From contig OZ024756.1 in NCBI GenBank assembly GCA_964016885.1, positions 43,338,001 to 43,402,000 on the forward strand: a stretch of DNA of 64,000 nucleotides, read 5' to 3'. The position numbers and the translations under genes were made by a program. Positions within the stretch are counted from its first letter, which is position 1. Each line of letters starts with the position of its first letter. This stretch comes from Eledone cirrhosa. Taxonomy: Eukaryota. The notes below the pieces were generated by a model. It saw only the letters and a list, made by a program, of their open reading frames with translations, did no database searches and had not been told where the DNA came from. Of the stretch, positions 17,401 through 35,500 are shown one piece after another.

Positions 17401-20400
17401 ACACACTAGAGATAGACATTGGACACACACACTAGACAGACATTGGACACACACTAGAGACAGACGTTGGAAACACACTAGAGACAGACATTGGATACAC
17501 ACACTAGAGACAGACATTGGACACACACTAGAGACAGACATTGGAGACACACACTAGATACAGATATTGGACACACACTAGAGACAGACATTGGACACAC
17601 ACTAGATACAGACATTGGACACACACTAGAGATAGACATTGCACACACACTAGAGACAGACATTGGACACACACTAGATACAGACATTGGACACACACTA
17701 GAGACAGACATTGGACACACACACTAGAGACAGACATTGGACACACACTAGAGACAGACATTGGACACACACTAGATACAGACATTGGACACACACTAGA
17801 GATAGATATTGGACACACACTAGAGACAGACATTGGATACACACACTAGAGACAGACATTGGACACACACTAGAGACAGACATTGGAGACACACACTAGA
17901 TACAGACATTTGACACACACTAGAGAGAAGACATTGGACACACACTAGATACAGACATTGGACACACACTAGAGATAGACATTGGACACACACTAGAGAC
18001 AGACATTGGACACACACTAGATACAGACATTGGACACACACTAGAGACAGACATTGGATACACACACTAGACAGACATTGGACACACACTAGAGACAGAT
18101 ATTGGAAACACACTAGAGACAGACTTGGACACACACACTAGAGACAGGCATTGGACACACACTAGAGAAAGACATTGGACACACACTAGAGACAGACATT
18201 GGACACACACTAGAGACAGACATTGGACACACACTAGAGATAGACATTGGACACACACTAGAGACAGACATTGGACACACACTAGAGACAGACATTGGAG
18301 ACACACACTAGAGACAGACATTGGACACACACTAGAGACAGACATTGGACACAGACACTAGAGACAGACATTGGACACACACTAGAGACAGACATTGTAC
18401 ACACACTAGAGACAGACATTGGACACACACACTAGAGACAGGCGTTTAGACACACATTAGAGACAGATATTAGACACACGCTAGAGACAGACATTTGACA
18501 CACACTAGAGACAGACATTGGACACACACTAGAGACAGACATTGGACACACACTAGAGACACATTGGACACACACTAGAGACAGACATTGGACACACACT
18601 AGAGAGAGACATTAGACACACACTAGAGACAGACATTGGACAGACACTAGAGACCGACATTGGACATACACTAAAGACAGACATTAGACACACACTAAAG
18701 ACATAAATTGGACACATACACTTGAGACAGACATTGGACACACACTAGAGACAGACATTGGACTCACACTAGAAACTGACATTGGACACACACTAGAGAC
18801 AGACATTGGACACACACTAGAGACAGACATTGGACACACTCTAGAGACAGACATTGGACACACATTCGAGACAGATATTGGACACACATTAGAGACAGAC
18901 ATTGGACACACACTAGAGAGAGAAATTGGACACACACTAGAGAGACACATTGCACACACACAAGAGCACAGACATTGGACACACACTAGAGACAGACATT
19001 GGACACACACTAGAGACAGACATTGGACACACACTAGAGACAGACATTGGACACACACTAGAGACAGACATTGGAGACACACAATAGATACAGACATTGG
19101 ACACACACTAGAGACAGACATTGGACACACACTAGATACAGACATTGGACACACATTAGAGATAGACATTGCACTCACATTAGAGACAGACATTGGACAC
19201 ATACTAAATACAGACATTGGACACACACTAGAGACAGACATTGGACACACACACTAGACAGACATTGGACACACACTAGATACAGACATTGGAGACACAC
19301 ACTAGAGACATACATTGGACACACACTAGAGACAGACATTGGACACACACTAGATACAGACATTGGACACACACACTAGAGACAGATATTGGACACACAC
19401 TAGAGACAGACATTGGACACACACTAGATACAGACATTGGACACACACTAGAGACAGACATTGGACACACACTAGAGACAGACATTGGACACACACTAGA
19501 GACAGACATTGGACACATACTAAATACAGACATTGGACACACACTAGAGACAGACATTGGACACACACACTAGACAGACATTGGACACACACTAGAGACA
19601 GACGTTGGAAACACACTAGAGACAGACATTGGATACACACACTAGAGACAGACATTGGACACACACTAGAGACAGACATTGGAGACACACACTAGATACA
19701 GATATTGGACACACACTAGAGACAGACATTGGACACACACTAGATACAGACATTGGACACACACTAGAGATAGACATTGCACACACACTAGAGACAGACA
19801 TTGGACACACACTAGATACAGACATTGGACACACACTAGAGACAGACATTGGACACACACACTAGAGACAGACATTGGACACACACTAGAGACAGACATT
19901 GGACACACACTAGAGACAGACATTGGACACACACTAAAGATAGATATTGGACACACACTAGAGACAGACATTGGATACACACACTAGAGACAGACATTGG
20001 ACACACACTAGAGACAGACATTGGAGACACACACTAGATACAGACATTGGACACACACTAGAGACAGACATTGGACACACACTAGATACAGATATTGGAC
20101 ACACACTAGAGATAGACATTGGACACACACTAGAGACAGACATTGGACACACACTAGATACAGACATTGGACACACACTAGAGACAGACATTGGACACAC
20201 ACACTAGACAGACATTGGACACACACTAGAGACAGACATTGGACACACACACTAGACAGACATTGGACACACACTAGAGACAGATATTGGAAACACACTA
20301 GAGACAGACTTGGACACACACACTAGAGACAGGCATTGGACACACACTAGAGACAGACATTGGACACACACTAGAGACAGACATTGGACACACACTAGAG

Positions 20401-23400
20401 ACAGACATTGGACACACACTAGAGATAGACATTGGACACACACTAGAGACAGACATTGGACACACACTAGAGACAGACATTGGAGACACACACTAGAGAC
20501 AGACATTGGACACACACTAGAGACAGACATTGGACACAGACACTAGAGACAGACATTGGACACACACTAGAGACAGACATTGTACACACACTAGAGACAG
20601 ACATTGGACACACACACTAGAGACAGACGTTTAGACACACATTAGAGACAGATATTAGACACACGCTAGAGACAGACATTTGACACACACTAGAGACAGA
20701 CATTGGACACACACTAGAGACAGACATTGGACACACATTTTAGACAGACATTAGACACGCACTAGAGACACATTGGACACACACTAGAGACAGACATTGG
20801 ACACACACTAGAGAGAGACATTAGACACACACTAGAGACAGACATTGGACAGACACTAGAGACCGACATTGGACATACACTAAAGACAGACATTAGACAC
20901 ACACTAAAGACATAAATTGGACACATACACTAGAGACAGACATTGGACACACACTAGAGACAGACATTGGACTCACACTAGAGACTGACATTGGACACAC
21001 ACTAGAGACAGACATTGGACACACACTAGAGACAGACATTGGACACACTCTAGAGACAGACATTGGACATACATTCGAGACAGATATTGGACACACATTA
21101 GAGACAGACATTGGACACACACTAGAGAGAGAAATTGGACACACACTAGAGAGATACATTGCACACACACAAGAGCACAGACATTGGACACACACTAGAG
21201 ACAGACATTGGACACACACTAGAGACAGACATTGGACACACACTAGAGAAGACATTGGACACACACTAGAGACAGACATTGGAGACACACAATAGATACA
21301 GACATTGGACACACACTAGAGACAGACATTGGACACACACTAGATACAGACATTGGACACACATTAGAGATAGACATTGCACTCACATTAGAGACAGACA
21401 TTGGACACATACTAAATACAGACATTGGACACACACTAGAGACAGACATTGGACACACACACTAGACAGACATTGGACACACACTAGAGACAGACATTGG
21501 AGACACACACTAGAGACAGACATTGGACACACACTAGAGACAGACATTGGACACACACTAGATACAGACATTGGACACACACACTAGAGACAGATATTGG
21601 ACACACACTAGAGACAGACATTGGACACACACTAGATACAGACATTGGACACACACTAGAGACAGACATTGGACACACACTAGAGACAGACATTGGACAC
21701 ACACTAGAGACAGACATTGGACACATACTAAATACAGACATTGGACACACACTAGAGACAGACATTGGACACACACACTAGACAGACATTGGACACACAC
21801 TAGAGACAGACGTTGGAAACACACTAGAGACAGACATTGGATACACACACTAGAGACAGACATTGGACACACACTAGAGACAGACATTGGAGACACACAC
21901 TAGATACAGATATTGGACACACACTAGAGACAGACATTGGACACACACTAGATACAGACATTGGACACACACTAGAGATAGACATTGCACACACACTAGA
22001 GACAGACATTGGACACACACTAGATACAGACATTGGACACACACTAGAGACAGACATTGGACACACACACTAGAGACAGACATTGGACACACACTAGAGA
22101 CAGACATTGGACACACACTAGATACAGACATTGGACACACACTAGAGATAGATATTGGACACACACTAGAGACAGACATTGGATACACACACTAGAGACA
22201 GACATTGGACACACACTAGAGACAGACATTGGAGACACACACTAGATACAGACATTGGACACACACTAGAGACAGACATTGGACACACACTAGATACAGA
22301 CATTGGACACACACTAGAGATAGACATTGGACACACACTAGAGACAGACATTGGACACACACTAGATACAGACATTGGACACACACTAGAGACAGACATT
22401 GGACACACACACTAGACAGACATTGGACACACACTAGAGACAGATATTGGAAACACACTAGAGACAGACTTGGACACACACACTAGAGACAGGCATTGGA
22501 CACACACTAGAGACAGACATTGGACACACACTAGAGACAGACATTGGACACACACTAGAGACAGACATTGGACACACACTAGAGATAGACATTGGACACA
22601 CACTAGAGACAGACATTGGACACACACTAGAGACAGACATTGGAGACACACACTAGAGACAGACATTGGACACACACTAGAGACAGACATTGGACACAGA
22701 CACTAGAGACAGACATTGGACACACACTAGAGACAGACATTGTACACACACTAGAGACAGACATTGGACACACACACTAGAGACAGACGTTTAGACACAC
22801 ATTAGAGACAGATATTAGACACACGCTAGAGACAGACATTTGACACACACTAGAGACAGACATTGGACACACACTAGAGACAGACATTGGACACACATTT
22901 TAGACAGACATTAGACACGCACTAGAGACACATTGGACACACACTAGAGACAGACATTGGACACACACTAGAGAGTGACATTAGACACACACTAGAGACA
23001 GACATTGGACAGGCACTAGAGACCGACATTGGACATACACTAAAGACATAAATTGGACACATACACTAGAGACAGACATTGGACACACACTAGAGTCAGA
23101 CATTGGACTCACACTAGAGACTGACATTGGACACACACTAGAGACAGACATTGGACACACACTAGAGACAGACATTGGACACACTCTAGAGACAGACATT
23201 GGACACACATTCGAGACAGATATTGGACACACATTAGAGACAGACATTGGACACACACTAGAGAGAGAAATTGGACACACACTAGAGAGAGACATTGCAC
23301 ACACACAAGAGCACAGACATTGGACACACACTAGAGACAGACATTGGACACACACTAGAGACAGACATTGGACACACACTAGAGACAGACATTGGACACA

Positions 23401-23550
23401 CACTAGAGACAGACATTGGAGACACACAATAGATACAGACATTGGACACACACTAGAGACAGACATTGGACACACACTAGAGATAGACATTGGACACACA
23501 CTAGAGATAGACATTGGACACACACACTAGACAGACATTGGACACACACT
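17400..23550. repeat. HOR domain, about 3 copies of a ~2.1-2.2-kb unit
   Basis: Offsets 17478/19616 (+2138), 19616/21824 (+2208) and 20252/22412 (+2160). Markers CTAAAGACATAAATTGG, ACACTCTAGAG and CATTCGAGAC recur near 18.7, 20.9 and 23.0 kb. Confidence 0.85.
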
Positions 23551-26500
23551 AGAGACAGATATTGGAGACACACACTAGAGACAGACATTGGACACACACT
23601 AGAGACAGACATTGGACACACACTAGATACAGACATTGGACACACACACTAGAGACAGATATTGGACACACACTAGAGACAGACATTGGACACACACTAG
23701 AGACAGACATTGGACACACACTAGATACAGACATTGTACACACATTAGAGATAGACATTGGACACACACTAGAGACACACGTTGGACACACACTAGAGAC
23801 AGACATTGGACACACACTAGAGAGACAGACATTGGACACACACTAGAGACAGACATTGGACACGCACTAGAGAGAGAAATTGGACACACACTAGAGATGG
23901 ACATTGCACACACACAAGAGCACAGACATTGGACACCCACTAGAGACAGACATTGGACACACACTGGAAACAGACATTGGACACACACTAGAGACAGACA
24001 TTGGACACACACTAGAGACAGACATTGGACACACACACTAGAGACAGACATTGGACACCCACTAGAGACAGACATTGGAGACACACACTAGAGACAGTCA
24101 TTGGACACACACTAGAGACAGACATTGGACACACACTAGAGACAGACATTGGACACACACTAGAGACAGACATTGGACACACATTAGAGATAGACATTGC
24201 ACTCACATTAGAGACGGACATTGGACACATACTAAATACAGACATTGGACACACACTAGAGACAGACATTGGACACACACACTAGACAGACATTGGACAC
24301 ACACTAGAGACAGACATTGGAGACACACACTAGAGACAGACATTGGACACACACTAGAGACAGACATTGGACACACACTAGATACAGACATTGGACACAC
24401 ACACTAGAGACAGATATTGGACACACACTAGAGACAGACATTGGACACACACTAGAGACAGACATTGGACACACACTAGATACAGACATTGTACACACAT
24501 TAGAGATAGACATTGGACACACACTAGAGACACACGTTGGACACACACTAGAGACAGACATTGGACACACACTAGAGAGACAGACATTGGACACACACTA
24601 GAGACAGACATTGGACACGCTCTAGAGAGAGAAATTGGACACACACTAGAGATGGACATTGCACACACACAAGAGCACAGACATTGGACACCCACTAGAG
24701 ACAGACATTGGACACACACTGGAAACAGACATTGGACACACACTAGAGACAGACATTGGACACACACTAGAGACAGACATTGGACACACACACTAGAGAC
24801 AGACATTGGACACCCACTAGAGACAGACATTGGAGACACACACTAGAGACAGTCATTGGACACACACTAGAGACAGACATTAGACATACACACTAGAGAC
24901 AGACATTGGACACACACTAGAGACAGACATTGGACACACACTAGAGACAGACATTGGACACACACTAGAGACAGACATTAGACACACGCTAGAGACAGAC
25001 ATTAGACACACACTAGAAACAGATATTAGACACACGCTAGAGACAGACATTTGACACACACTAGAGACAGACATTGGACACACACACTAGAGACAGACAT
25101 TGGACACACACTAGAGACAGGCATTGGATACACACTAGAGATAGACATTGGACACACACTAGATACAGACATTGGACACACACTAGAGACATACATTGGA
25201 CACACACTAGAGACAGACATTGGACACACACTAGAGACAGACATTGGACACGCTATAGACAGACATTGGACACACACTCGAGACAGACATTGGACACACA
25301 CTAGAGACAGACATTGGACACACACACTAGAGACAAACATTGGACACCCACTAGAGAGAGAAATTGGACACACACTAGAGAGAGACATTGCACACACACA
25401 AGAGCACAGACATTGGACATCCACTAGAGACAGACATTGGACACACACTAGAGACAGACATTGGACACACACACTAGAGACAGACATTGGACACGCACTA
25501 GAGAGAGAAATTGGACACACACTAGAGAGAGACTTTGCACACACACAAGAGCACAGACATTGGACACCCACTAGAGAGAGTCATTGGACACACACTAGAG
25601 ACAGACATTGGACACACACCAGAGCCAGACATTAGACATACACACTAGAGACAGACATTGGACACACACTAGAGAGAGTCATTGGACACACACTAGAGAC
25701 AGACATTGGACACACACCAGAGCCAGACATTAGACATACACACTAGAGACAGACATTGGACACACACTAGAGACAGACATTGGACACACACTAGAGACAG
25801 ACATTGGACACACACTAGAGACAGACATTAGACACACGCTGGAGAAAAACGTGGGACACACACACTAGAGACAGACATTGTACACACACTAGAGACAGAC
25901 ATTGGACACACAAACTAGAGACAGACATTAGACACACACTAGAAACAGATATTAGACACACGCTAGAGACAGACATTTGACACACACTAGGGACAGACAT
26001 TGGACACACACACTACAGACAGACATTGGACACACACTAGAGACAGGCATTGGATACACACTAGAGATAGACATTGGACGCACACTAGATACAGACATTG
26101 GACACACACTAGAGACATACATTGGACACTCACAAGATACAGACATTGGACACACACACTAGAGATAGACATTGGACACACACTAGAGACAGACATTGGA
26201 CACACACTAGAGACAGACATTGGAGACACACTAGAGACAGACATTGGACACACACTCGAGACAGACATTGGACACACACTAGAGACAGACATTGGACACA
26301 CACACTAGAGACAGACATTGGACACCCACTAGAGAGAGAAATTGGACACACACTAGAGAGAGACATTGCACACACACAAGAGCACAGACATTGGACACCC
26401 ACTAGAGACAGACATTGGACACACACTAGAGACAGACATTGGACACACACACTAGAGACAGACATTGGACACGCACTAGAGAGAGAAATTGGATACACAC

Positions 26501-29500
26501 TAGAGAGAGACATTGCACACACACAAGAGCACAGACATTGGACACCCACTAGAGACAGACATTGGACACACACTAGAGATAGACATTGGACACCCACTAG
26601 AGACAGACATTGGAGACACACACTAGAGACAGTCATTGGACACACACTAGATATAGACATTGTATACATTAGAGACAGACATTGGACACACACTAGAGAC
26701 AGACATTGGACACACACTAGAGAGAGTCATTGGACACACACTAGAGACAGACATTGGACACACACTAGAGACAGACATTAGACATACACACTAGAGACAG
26801 ACATTGGACACACACTAGAGACAGACATTGGACACACACTAGAGACAGAGATTGGACACACACTAGAGACAGACATTAGACACACGCTAGAGACAAACGT
26901 GGGACACACACACTAGAGACAGACATTGTACACACACTAGAGACAGACATTGTACACACACTAGAGACAGACATTGGACACACAAACTAGAGACAGACAT
27001 TGGACACACACTAGAGACAGATATTAGACACACGCTAGAGACAGACATTTGACACACACTAGAGACAGACATTGGACACACACACTAGAGACAGACATTG
27101 GACACACACTAGAGACAGGCATTGGATAAACACTAGAGATAGACATTGGACACACACTAGAGACACACATTGGACACACACACTAGAGACAGACATTGGA
27201 CACACGTTTGAGACAGACATTAGACACGCACTAGAGACACATTGGACACACACTAGAGAGAGACATTAGACACACACTAGAGACAGACATTGGACAGGCA
27301 CTAGAGACAGACATTGGACATACACTAAAGACAGACATTGGACACACACTAGAGACATACATTAGCAACACACTAGAGACTGACATTGGACACACACTAG
27401 AGACAGACATTGGACACACATTAGAAACAGATATTGGACACACATTAGAGACAGACATTGGACACACACTAGAGAGAGAAATTGGACACACACTAGAGAG
27501 AGACATTGGACACACACTAGAGATAGACATTGTATACATTAGAGACAGACATTGGACACACACTAGAGACAGACATTGGACACACACACTAGAGACAGAC
27601 GTTGGACACACACTAGAGACAGACATTGGAAACACACTAGAGACAGACATTGGACACACACTAGATACAGCCATTAGACACACACTAGAGACAGGCATTA
27701 GACACACACTAGATACAGCCATTAGACACACACTAGAGACAGACATTAGACACACACACTAGAGACAGACATTGGACACACACCAGAGACAGACATTGGA
27801 CACACACTAGAGACAGACATTGGACACACACTAGAGACAGACGTTGGACACACATTAGAGACAGATATTGGACACACATTAGAGACAGACATTGGACACA
27901 CACTAGAGAGAGACATTGCACACACACAAGAGCACAGACATTGGACACCCACTAGAGACAGACATTGGACACACACTAGAGACAGACATTGGAGACACAC
28001 ACTAGAGACAGTCATTGGACACACACTAGAGATAGACATTGGACACACACTAGAGACAGACATTGGACACACACTAGAGAGAGTCATTGGACACACACTA
28101 GAGACAGACATTGGACACACACTAGAGACAGACATTGGACACACACTAGAGACAGACATTAGACACACGCTAGAGACAAACGTGGGACACACACACTAGA
28201 GACAGACATTGTACACACACTAGAGACAGACATTGGACACACAAACTAGAGACAGACATTGTACACACATTAGAGATAGACATTGGACACACACTAGAGA
28301 CACACGTTGGACACACACTAGAGACAGACATTGGACACACACTAGAGAGACAGACATTGGACACACACTAGAGACAGACATTGGACACGCACTAGAGAGA
28401 GAAATTGGACACACACTAGAGATGGACATTGCACACACACAAGAGCACAGACATTGGACACCCACTAGAGACAGACATTGGACACACACTGGAAACAGAC
28501 ATTGGACACACACTAGAGACAGACATTGGACACACACTAGAGACAGACATTGGACACACACACTAGAGACAGACATTGGACACCCACTAGAGACAGACAT
28601 TGGAGACACACACTAGAGACAGTCATTGGACACACACTAGAGACAGACATTAGACATACACACTAGAGACAGACATTGGACACACACTAGAGACAGACAT
28701 TGGACACACACTAGAGACAGACATTGGACACACACTAGAGACAGACATTAGACACACGCTAGAGACAGACATTAGACACACACTAGAAACAGATATTAGA
28801 CACACGCTAGAGACAGACATTTGACACACACTAGAGACAGACATTGGACACACACACTAGAGACAGACATTGGACACACACTAGAGACAGGCATTGGATA
28901 CACACTAGAGATAGACATTGGACACACACTAGATACAGACATTGGACACACACTAGAGACATACATTGGACACACACTAGAGACAGACATTGGACACACA
29001 CTAGAGACAGACATTGGACACGCTATAGACAGACATTGGACACACACTCGAGACAGACATTGGACACACACTAGAGACAGACATTGGACACACACACTAG
29101 AGACAAACATTGGACACCCACTAGAGAGAGAAATTGGACACACACTAGAGAGAGACATTGCACACACACAAGAGCACAGACATTGGACATCCACTAGAGA
29201 CAGACATTGGACACACACTAGAGACAGACATTGGACACACACACTAGAGACAGACATTGGACACGCACTAGAGAGAGAAATTGGACACACACTAGAGAGA
29301 GACTTTGCACACACACAAGAGCACAGACATTGGACACCCACTAGAGAGAGTCATTGGACACACACTAGAGACAGACATTGGACACACACCAGAGCCAGAC
29401 ATTAGACATACACACTAGAGACAGACATTGGACACACACTAGAGAGAGTCATTGGACACACACTAGAGACAGACATTGGACACACACCAGAGCCAGACAT

Positions 29501-32500
29501 TAGACATACACACTAGAGACAGACATTGGACACACACTAGAGACAGACATTGGACACACACTAGAGACAGACATTGGACACACACTAGAGACAGACATTA
29601 GACACACGCTGGAGAAAAACGTGGGACACACACACTAGAGACAGACATTGTACACACACTAGAGACAGACATTGGACACACAAACTAGAGACAGACATTA
29701 GACACACACTAGAAACAGATATTAGACACACGCTAGAGACAGACATTTGACACACACTAGGGACAGACATTGGACACACACACTACAGACAGACATTGGA
29801 CACACACTAGAGACAGGCATTGGATACACACTAGAGATAGACATTGGACGCACACTAGATACAGACATTGGACACACACTAGAGACATACATTGGACACT
29901 CACAAGATACAGACATTGGACACACACACTAGAGATAGACATTGGACACACACTAGAGACAGACATTGGACACACACTAGAGACAGACATTGGAGACACA
30001 CTAGAGACAGACATTGGACACACACTCGAGACAGACATTGGACACACACTAGAGACAGACATTGGACACACACACTAGAGACAGACATTGGACACCCACT
30101 AGAGAGAGAAATTGGACACACACTAGAGAGAGACATTGCACACACACAAGAGCACAGACATTGGACACCCACTAGAGACAGACATTGGACACACACTAGA
30201 GACAGACATTGGACACACACACTAGAGACAGACATTGGACACGCACTAGAGAGAGAAATTGGATACACACTAGAGAGAGACATTGCACACACACAAGAGC
30301 ACAGACATTGGACACCCACTAGAGACAGACATTGGACACACACTAGAGACAGACATTGGACACACACACTAGAGATAGACATTGGACACCCACTAGAGAC
30401 AGACATTGGAGACACACACTAGAGACAGTCATTGGACACACACTAGATATAGACATTGTATACATTAGAGACAGACATTGGACACACACTAGAGACAGAC
30501 ATTGGACACACACTAGAGAGAGTCATTGGACACACACTTGAGACAGACATTGGACACACACTAGAGACAGACATTAGACATACACACTAGAGACAGACAT
30601 TGGACACACACTAGAGACAGACATTGGACACACACTAGAGACAGAGATTGGACACACACTAGAGACAGACATTAGACACACGCTAGAGACAAACGTGGGA
30701 CACACACACTAGAGACAGACATTGTACACACACTAGAGACAGACATTGTACACACACTAGAGACAGACATTGGACACACAAACTAGAGACAGACATTGGA
30801 CACACACTAGAGACAGATATTAGACACACGCTAGAGACAGACATTTGACACACACTAGAGACAGACATTGGACACACACACTAGAGACAGACATTGGACA
30901 CACACTAGAGACAGGCATTGGATAAACACTAGAGATAGACATTGGACACACACTAGAGACACACATTGGACACACACACTAGAGACAGACATTGGACACA
31001 CGTTTGAGACAGACATTAGACACGCACTAGAGACACATTGGACACACACTAGAGAGAGACATTAGACACACACTAGAGACAGACATTGGACAGGCACTAG
31101 AGACAGACATTGGACATACACTAAAGACAGACATTGGACACACACTAGAGACATACATTAGCAACACACTAGAGACTGACATTGGACACACACTAGAGAC
31201 AGACATTGGACACACATTAGAAACAGATATTGGACACACATTAGAGACAGACATTGGACACACACTAGAGAGAGAAATTGGACACACACTAGAGAGAGAC
31301 ATTGGACACACACTAGAGATAGACATTGTATACATTAGAGACAGACATTGGACACACACTAGAGACAGACATTGGACACACACACTAGAGACAGACGTTG
31401 GACACACACTAGAGACAGACATTGGAAACACACTAGAGACAGACATTGGACACACACTAGATACAGCCATTAGACACACACTAGAGACAGGCATTAGACA
31501 CACACTAGATACAGCCATTAGACACACACTAGAGACAGACATTAGACACACACACTAGAGACAGACATTGGACACACACCAGAGACAGACATTGGACACA
31601 CACTAGAGACAGACATTGGACACACACTAGAGACAGACGTTGGACACACATTAGAGACAGATATTGGACACACATTAGAGACAGACATTGGACACACACT
31701 AGAGAGAGACATTGCACACACACAAGAGCACAGACATTGGACACCCACTAGAGACAGACATTGGACACACACTAGAGACAGACATTGGAGACACACACTA
31801 GAGACAGTCATTGGACACACACTAGAGATAGACATTGGACACACACTAGAGACAGACATTGGACACACACTAGAGAGAGTCATTGGACACACACTAGAGA
31901 CAGACATTGGACACACACTAGAGACAGACATTGGACACACACTAGAGACAGACATTAGACACACGCTAGAGACAAACGTGGGACACACACACTAGAGACA
32001 GACATTGTACACACACTAGAGACAGACATTGGACACACAAACTAGAGACAGACATTAGACACACACTAGAAACAGATATTAGACACACGCTAGAGACAGA
32101 CATTTGACACACACTAGAGACAGACATTGGACACACACACTACAGACAGACATTGGACACACACTAGAGACAGGCATTGGATACACACTAGAGATAGACA
32201 TTGGACGCACACTAGATACAGACATTGGACACACACTAGAGACATACATTGGACACACACTAGATACAGACATTGGACACACACACTAGAGATAGACATT
32301 GGACACACACTAGAGACAGACATTGGACACACACTAGAGACAGACATTGGACACACACTAGAGACAGACATTGGACACACACTCGAGACAGACATTGGAC
32401 ACACACTAGAGACAGACATTGGACACACACACTAGAGACAGACATTGGACACCCACTAGAGAGAGAAATTGGACACACACTAGAGAGAGACATTGCACAC

Positions 32501-35500
32501 ACACAAGAGCACAGACATTGGACACCCACTAGAGACAGACATTGGACACACACTAGAGACAGACATTGGACACACACACTAGAGACAGACATTGGACACG
32601 CACTAGAGAGAGAAATTGGATACACACTAGAGAGAGACATTGCACACACACAAGAGCACAGACGTTGGACACCCACAAGAGACAGACATTGGACACACAC
32701 TAGAGACAGACATTGGACACACACTAGAGACAGACATTGGACACACACTAGAGACAGACATTGGACACACACACTAGAGACAGACATTGGACACCCACTA
32801 GAGACAGACATTGGAGACACACACTAGAGACAGTCATTGGACACACACTAGAGATAGACATTGTATACATTAGAGACAGACATTGGACACACACTAGAGA
32901 CAGACATTGGACACACACTAGAGAGAGTCATTGGACACACACTAGAGACAGACATTGGACACACACTAGAGACAAACATTAGACATACAGACTAGAGACA
33001 GACATTGGACACACACTAGAGACAGACATTGGACACACACTAGAGACAGACATTGGACACACACTAGAGACAGACATTGGACACACACACTAGAGACAGA
33101 CATTGAACTCACACTAGAGACAGACATTGGAAACACACTAGAGACAGACATTGGACACACACTAGATACAGCCATTAGACACACACTAGAGACAGGCATT
33201 AGACACACACTAGATACAGCCATTAGACACACACTAGAGACAGACATTAGACACACACACTAGAGACAGACATTGGACACACACCAGAGACAGGCATTGG
33301 ACACACACTAGAGACAGACATTGGACACACACTAGAGACAGACGTTGGACACACATTAGAGACAGATATTGGACACACATTAGAGACAGACATTGGACAC
33401 ACACTAGAGACAGACATTGGACACACACTAGAGACAGACATTGGACACACACTAGAGACAGACATTAGGCACACACTAGAGACAGCCATTGGACACACAT
33501 TAGAGACAGATATGGGACACACACTAGAGACAGACATTGGACACACACTAGAGACAGACGTTGGACACACATTAGAGACAGACATTGGACACACACTGGA
33601 GACAGACATTGGACACACACACTAGAGACAGATATTGGACACACACTAGAGACAGACATTGGACACACACTAGAGACAGACATTGGACACACACTAGATA
33701 CAGACATTGTACACACATTAGAGATAGACATTGGACACACACTAGAGACAGACGTTGGACACACACTAGAGACAGACATTGGACACACACTAGAGAGACA
33801 GACATTTGACACACACTAGAGACAGACATTGGACACGCACTAGAGAGAGAAATTGGACACACACTAGAGATGGACATTGCACACACACAAGAGCACAGAC
33901 ATTGGACACCCACTAGAGACAGACATTGGACACACACTGGAAACAGACATTGGACACACACTAGAGACAGACATTGGACACACACTAGAGACAGACATTG
34001 GACACACACACTAGAGACAGACATTGGACACCCACTAGAGACAGACATTGGAGACACACACTAGAGACAGTCATTGGACACACACTAGAGACAGACATTA
34101 GACATACACACTAGAGACAGACATTGGACACACACTAGAGACAGACATTGGACACACACTAGAGACAGACATTGGACACACACTAGAGACAGACATTAGA
34201 CACACACTAGAGACAGACATTGGACACACACTAGAGACAGACATTGGACACGCTATAGACAGACATTGGACACACACTCGAGACAGACATTGGACACACA
34301 CTAGAGACAGACATTGGACACACACACTAGAGACAAACATTGGACACCCACTAGAGAGAGAAATTGGACACACACTAGAGAGAGACATTGCACACACACA
34401 AGAGCACAGACATTGGACATCCACTAGAGACAGACATTGGACACACACTAGAGACAGACATTGGACACACACACTAGAGACAGACATTGGACACGCACTA
34501 GAGAGAGAAATTGGACACACACTAGAGAGAGACTTTGCACACACACAAGAGCACAGACATTGGACACCCACTAGAGAGAGTCATTGGACACACACTAGAG
34601 ACAGACATTGGACACACACCAGAGCCAGACATTAGACATACACACTAGAGACAGACATTGGACACACACTAGAGAGAGTCATTGGACACACACTAGAGAC
34701 AGACATTGGACACACACCAGAGCCAGACATTAGACATACACACTAGAGACAGACATTGGACACACACTAGAGACAGACATTGGACACACACTAGAGACAG
34801 ACATTGGACACACACTAGAGACAGACATTAGACACACGCTGGAGAAAAACGTGGGACACACACACTAGAGACAGACATTGTACACACACTAGAGACAGAC
34901 ATTGGACACACAAACTAGAGACAGACATTAGACACACACTAGAAACAGATATTAGACACACGCTAGAGACAGACATTTGACACACACTAGGGACAGACAT
35001 TGGACACACACACTACAGACAGACATTGGACACACACTAGAGACAGGCATTGGATACACACTAGAGATAGACATTGGACGCACACTAGATACAGACATTG
35101 GACACACACTAGAGACATACATTGGACACTCACAAGATACAGACATTGGACACACACACTAGAGATAGACATTGGACACACACTAGAGACAGACATTGGA
35201 CACACACTAGAGACAGACATTGGAGACACACTAGAGACAGACATTGGACACACACTCGAGACAGACATTGGACACACACTAGAGACAGACATTGGACACA
35301 CACACTAGAGACAGACATTGGACACCCACTAGAGAGAGAAATTGGACACACACTAGAGAGAGACATTGCACACACACAAGAGCACAGACATTGGACACCC
35401 ACTAGAGACAGACATTGGACACACACTAGAGACAGACATTGGACACACACACTAGAGACAGACATTGGACACGCACTAGAGAGAGAAATTGGATACACAC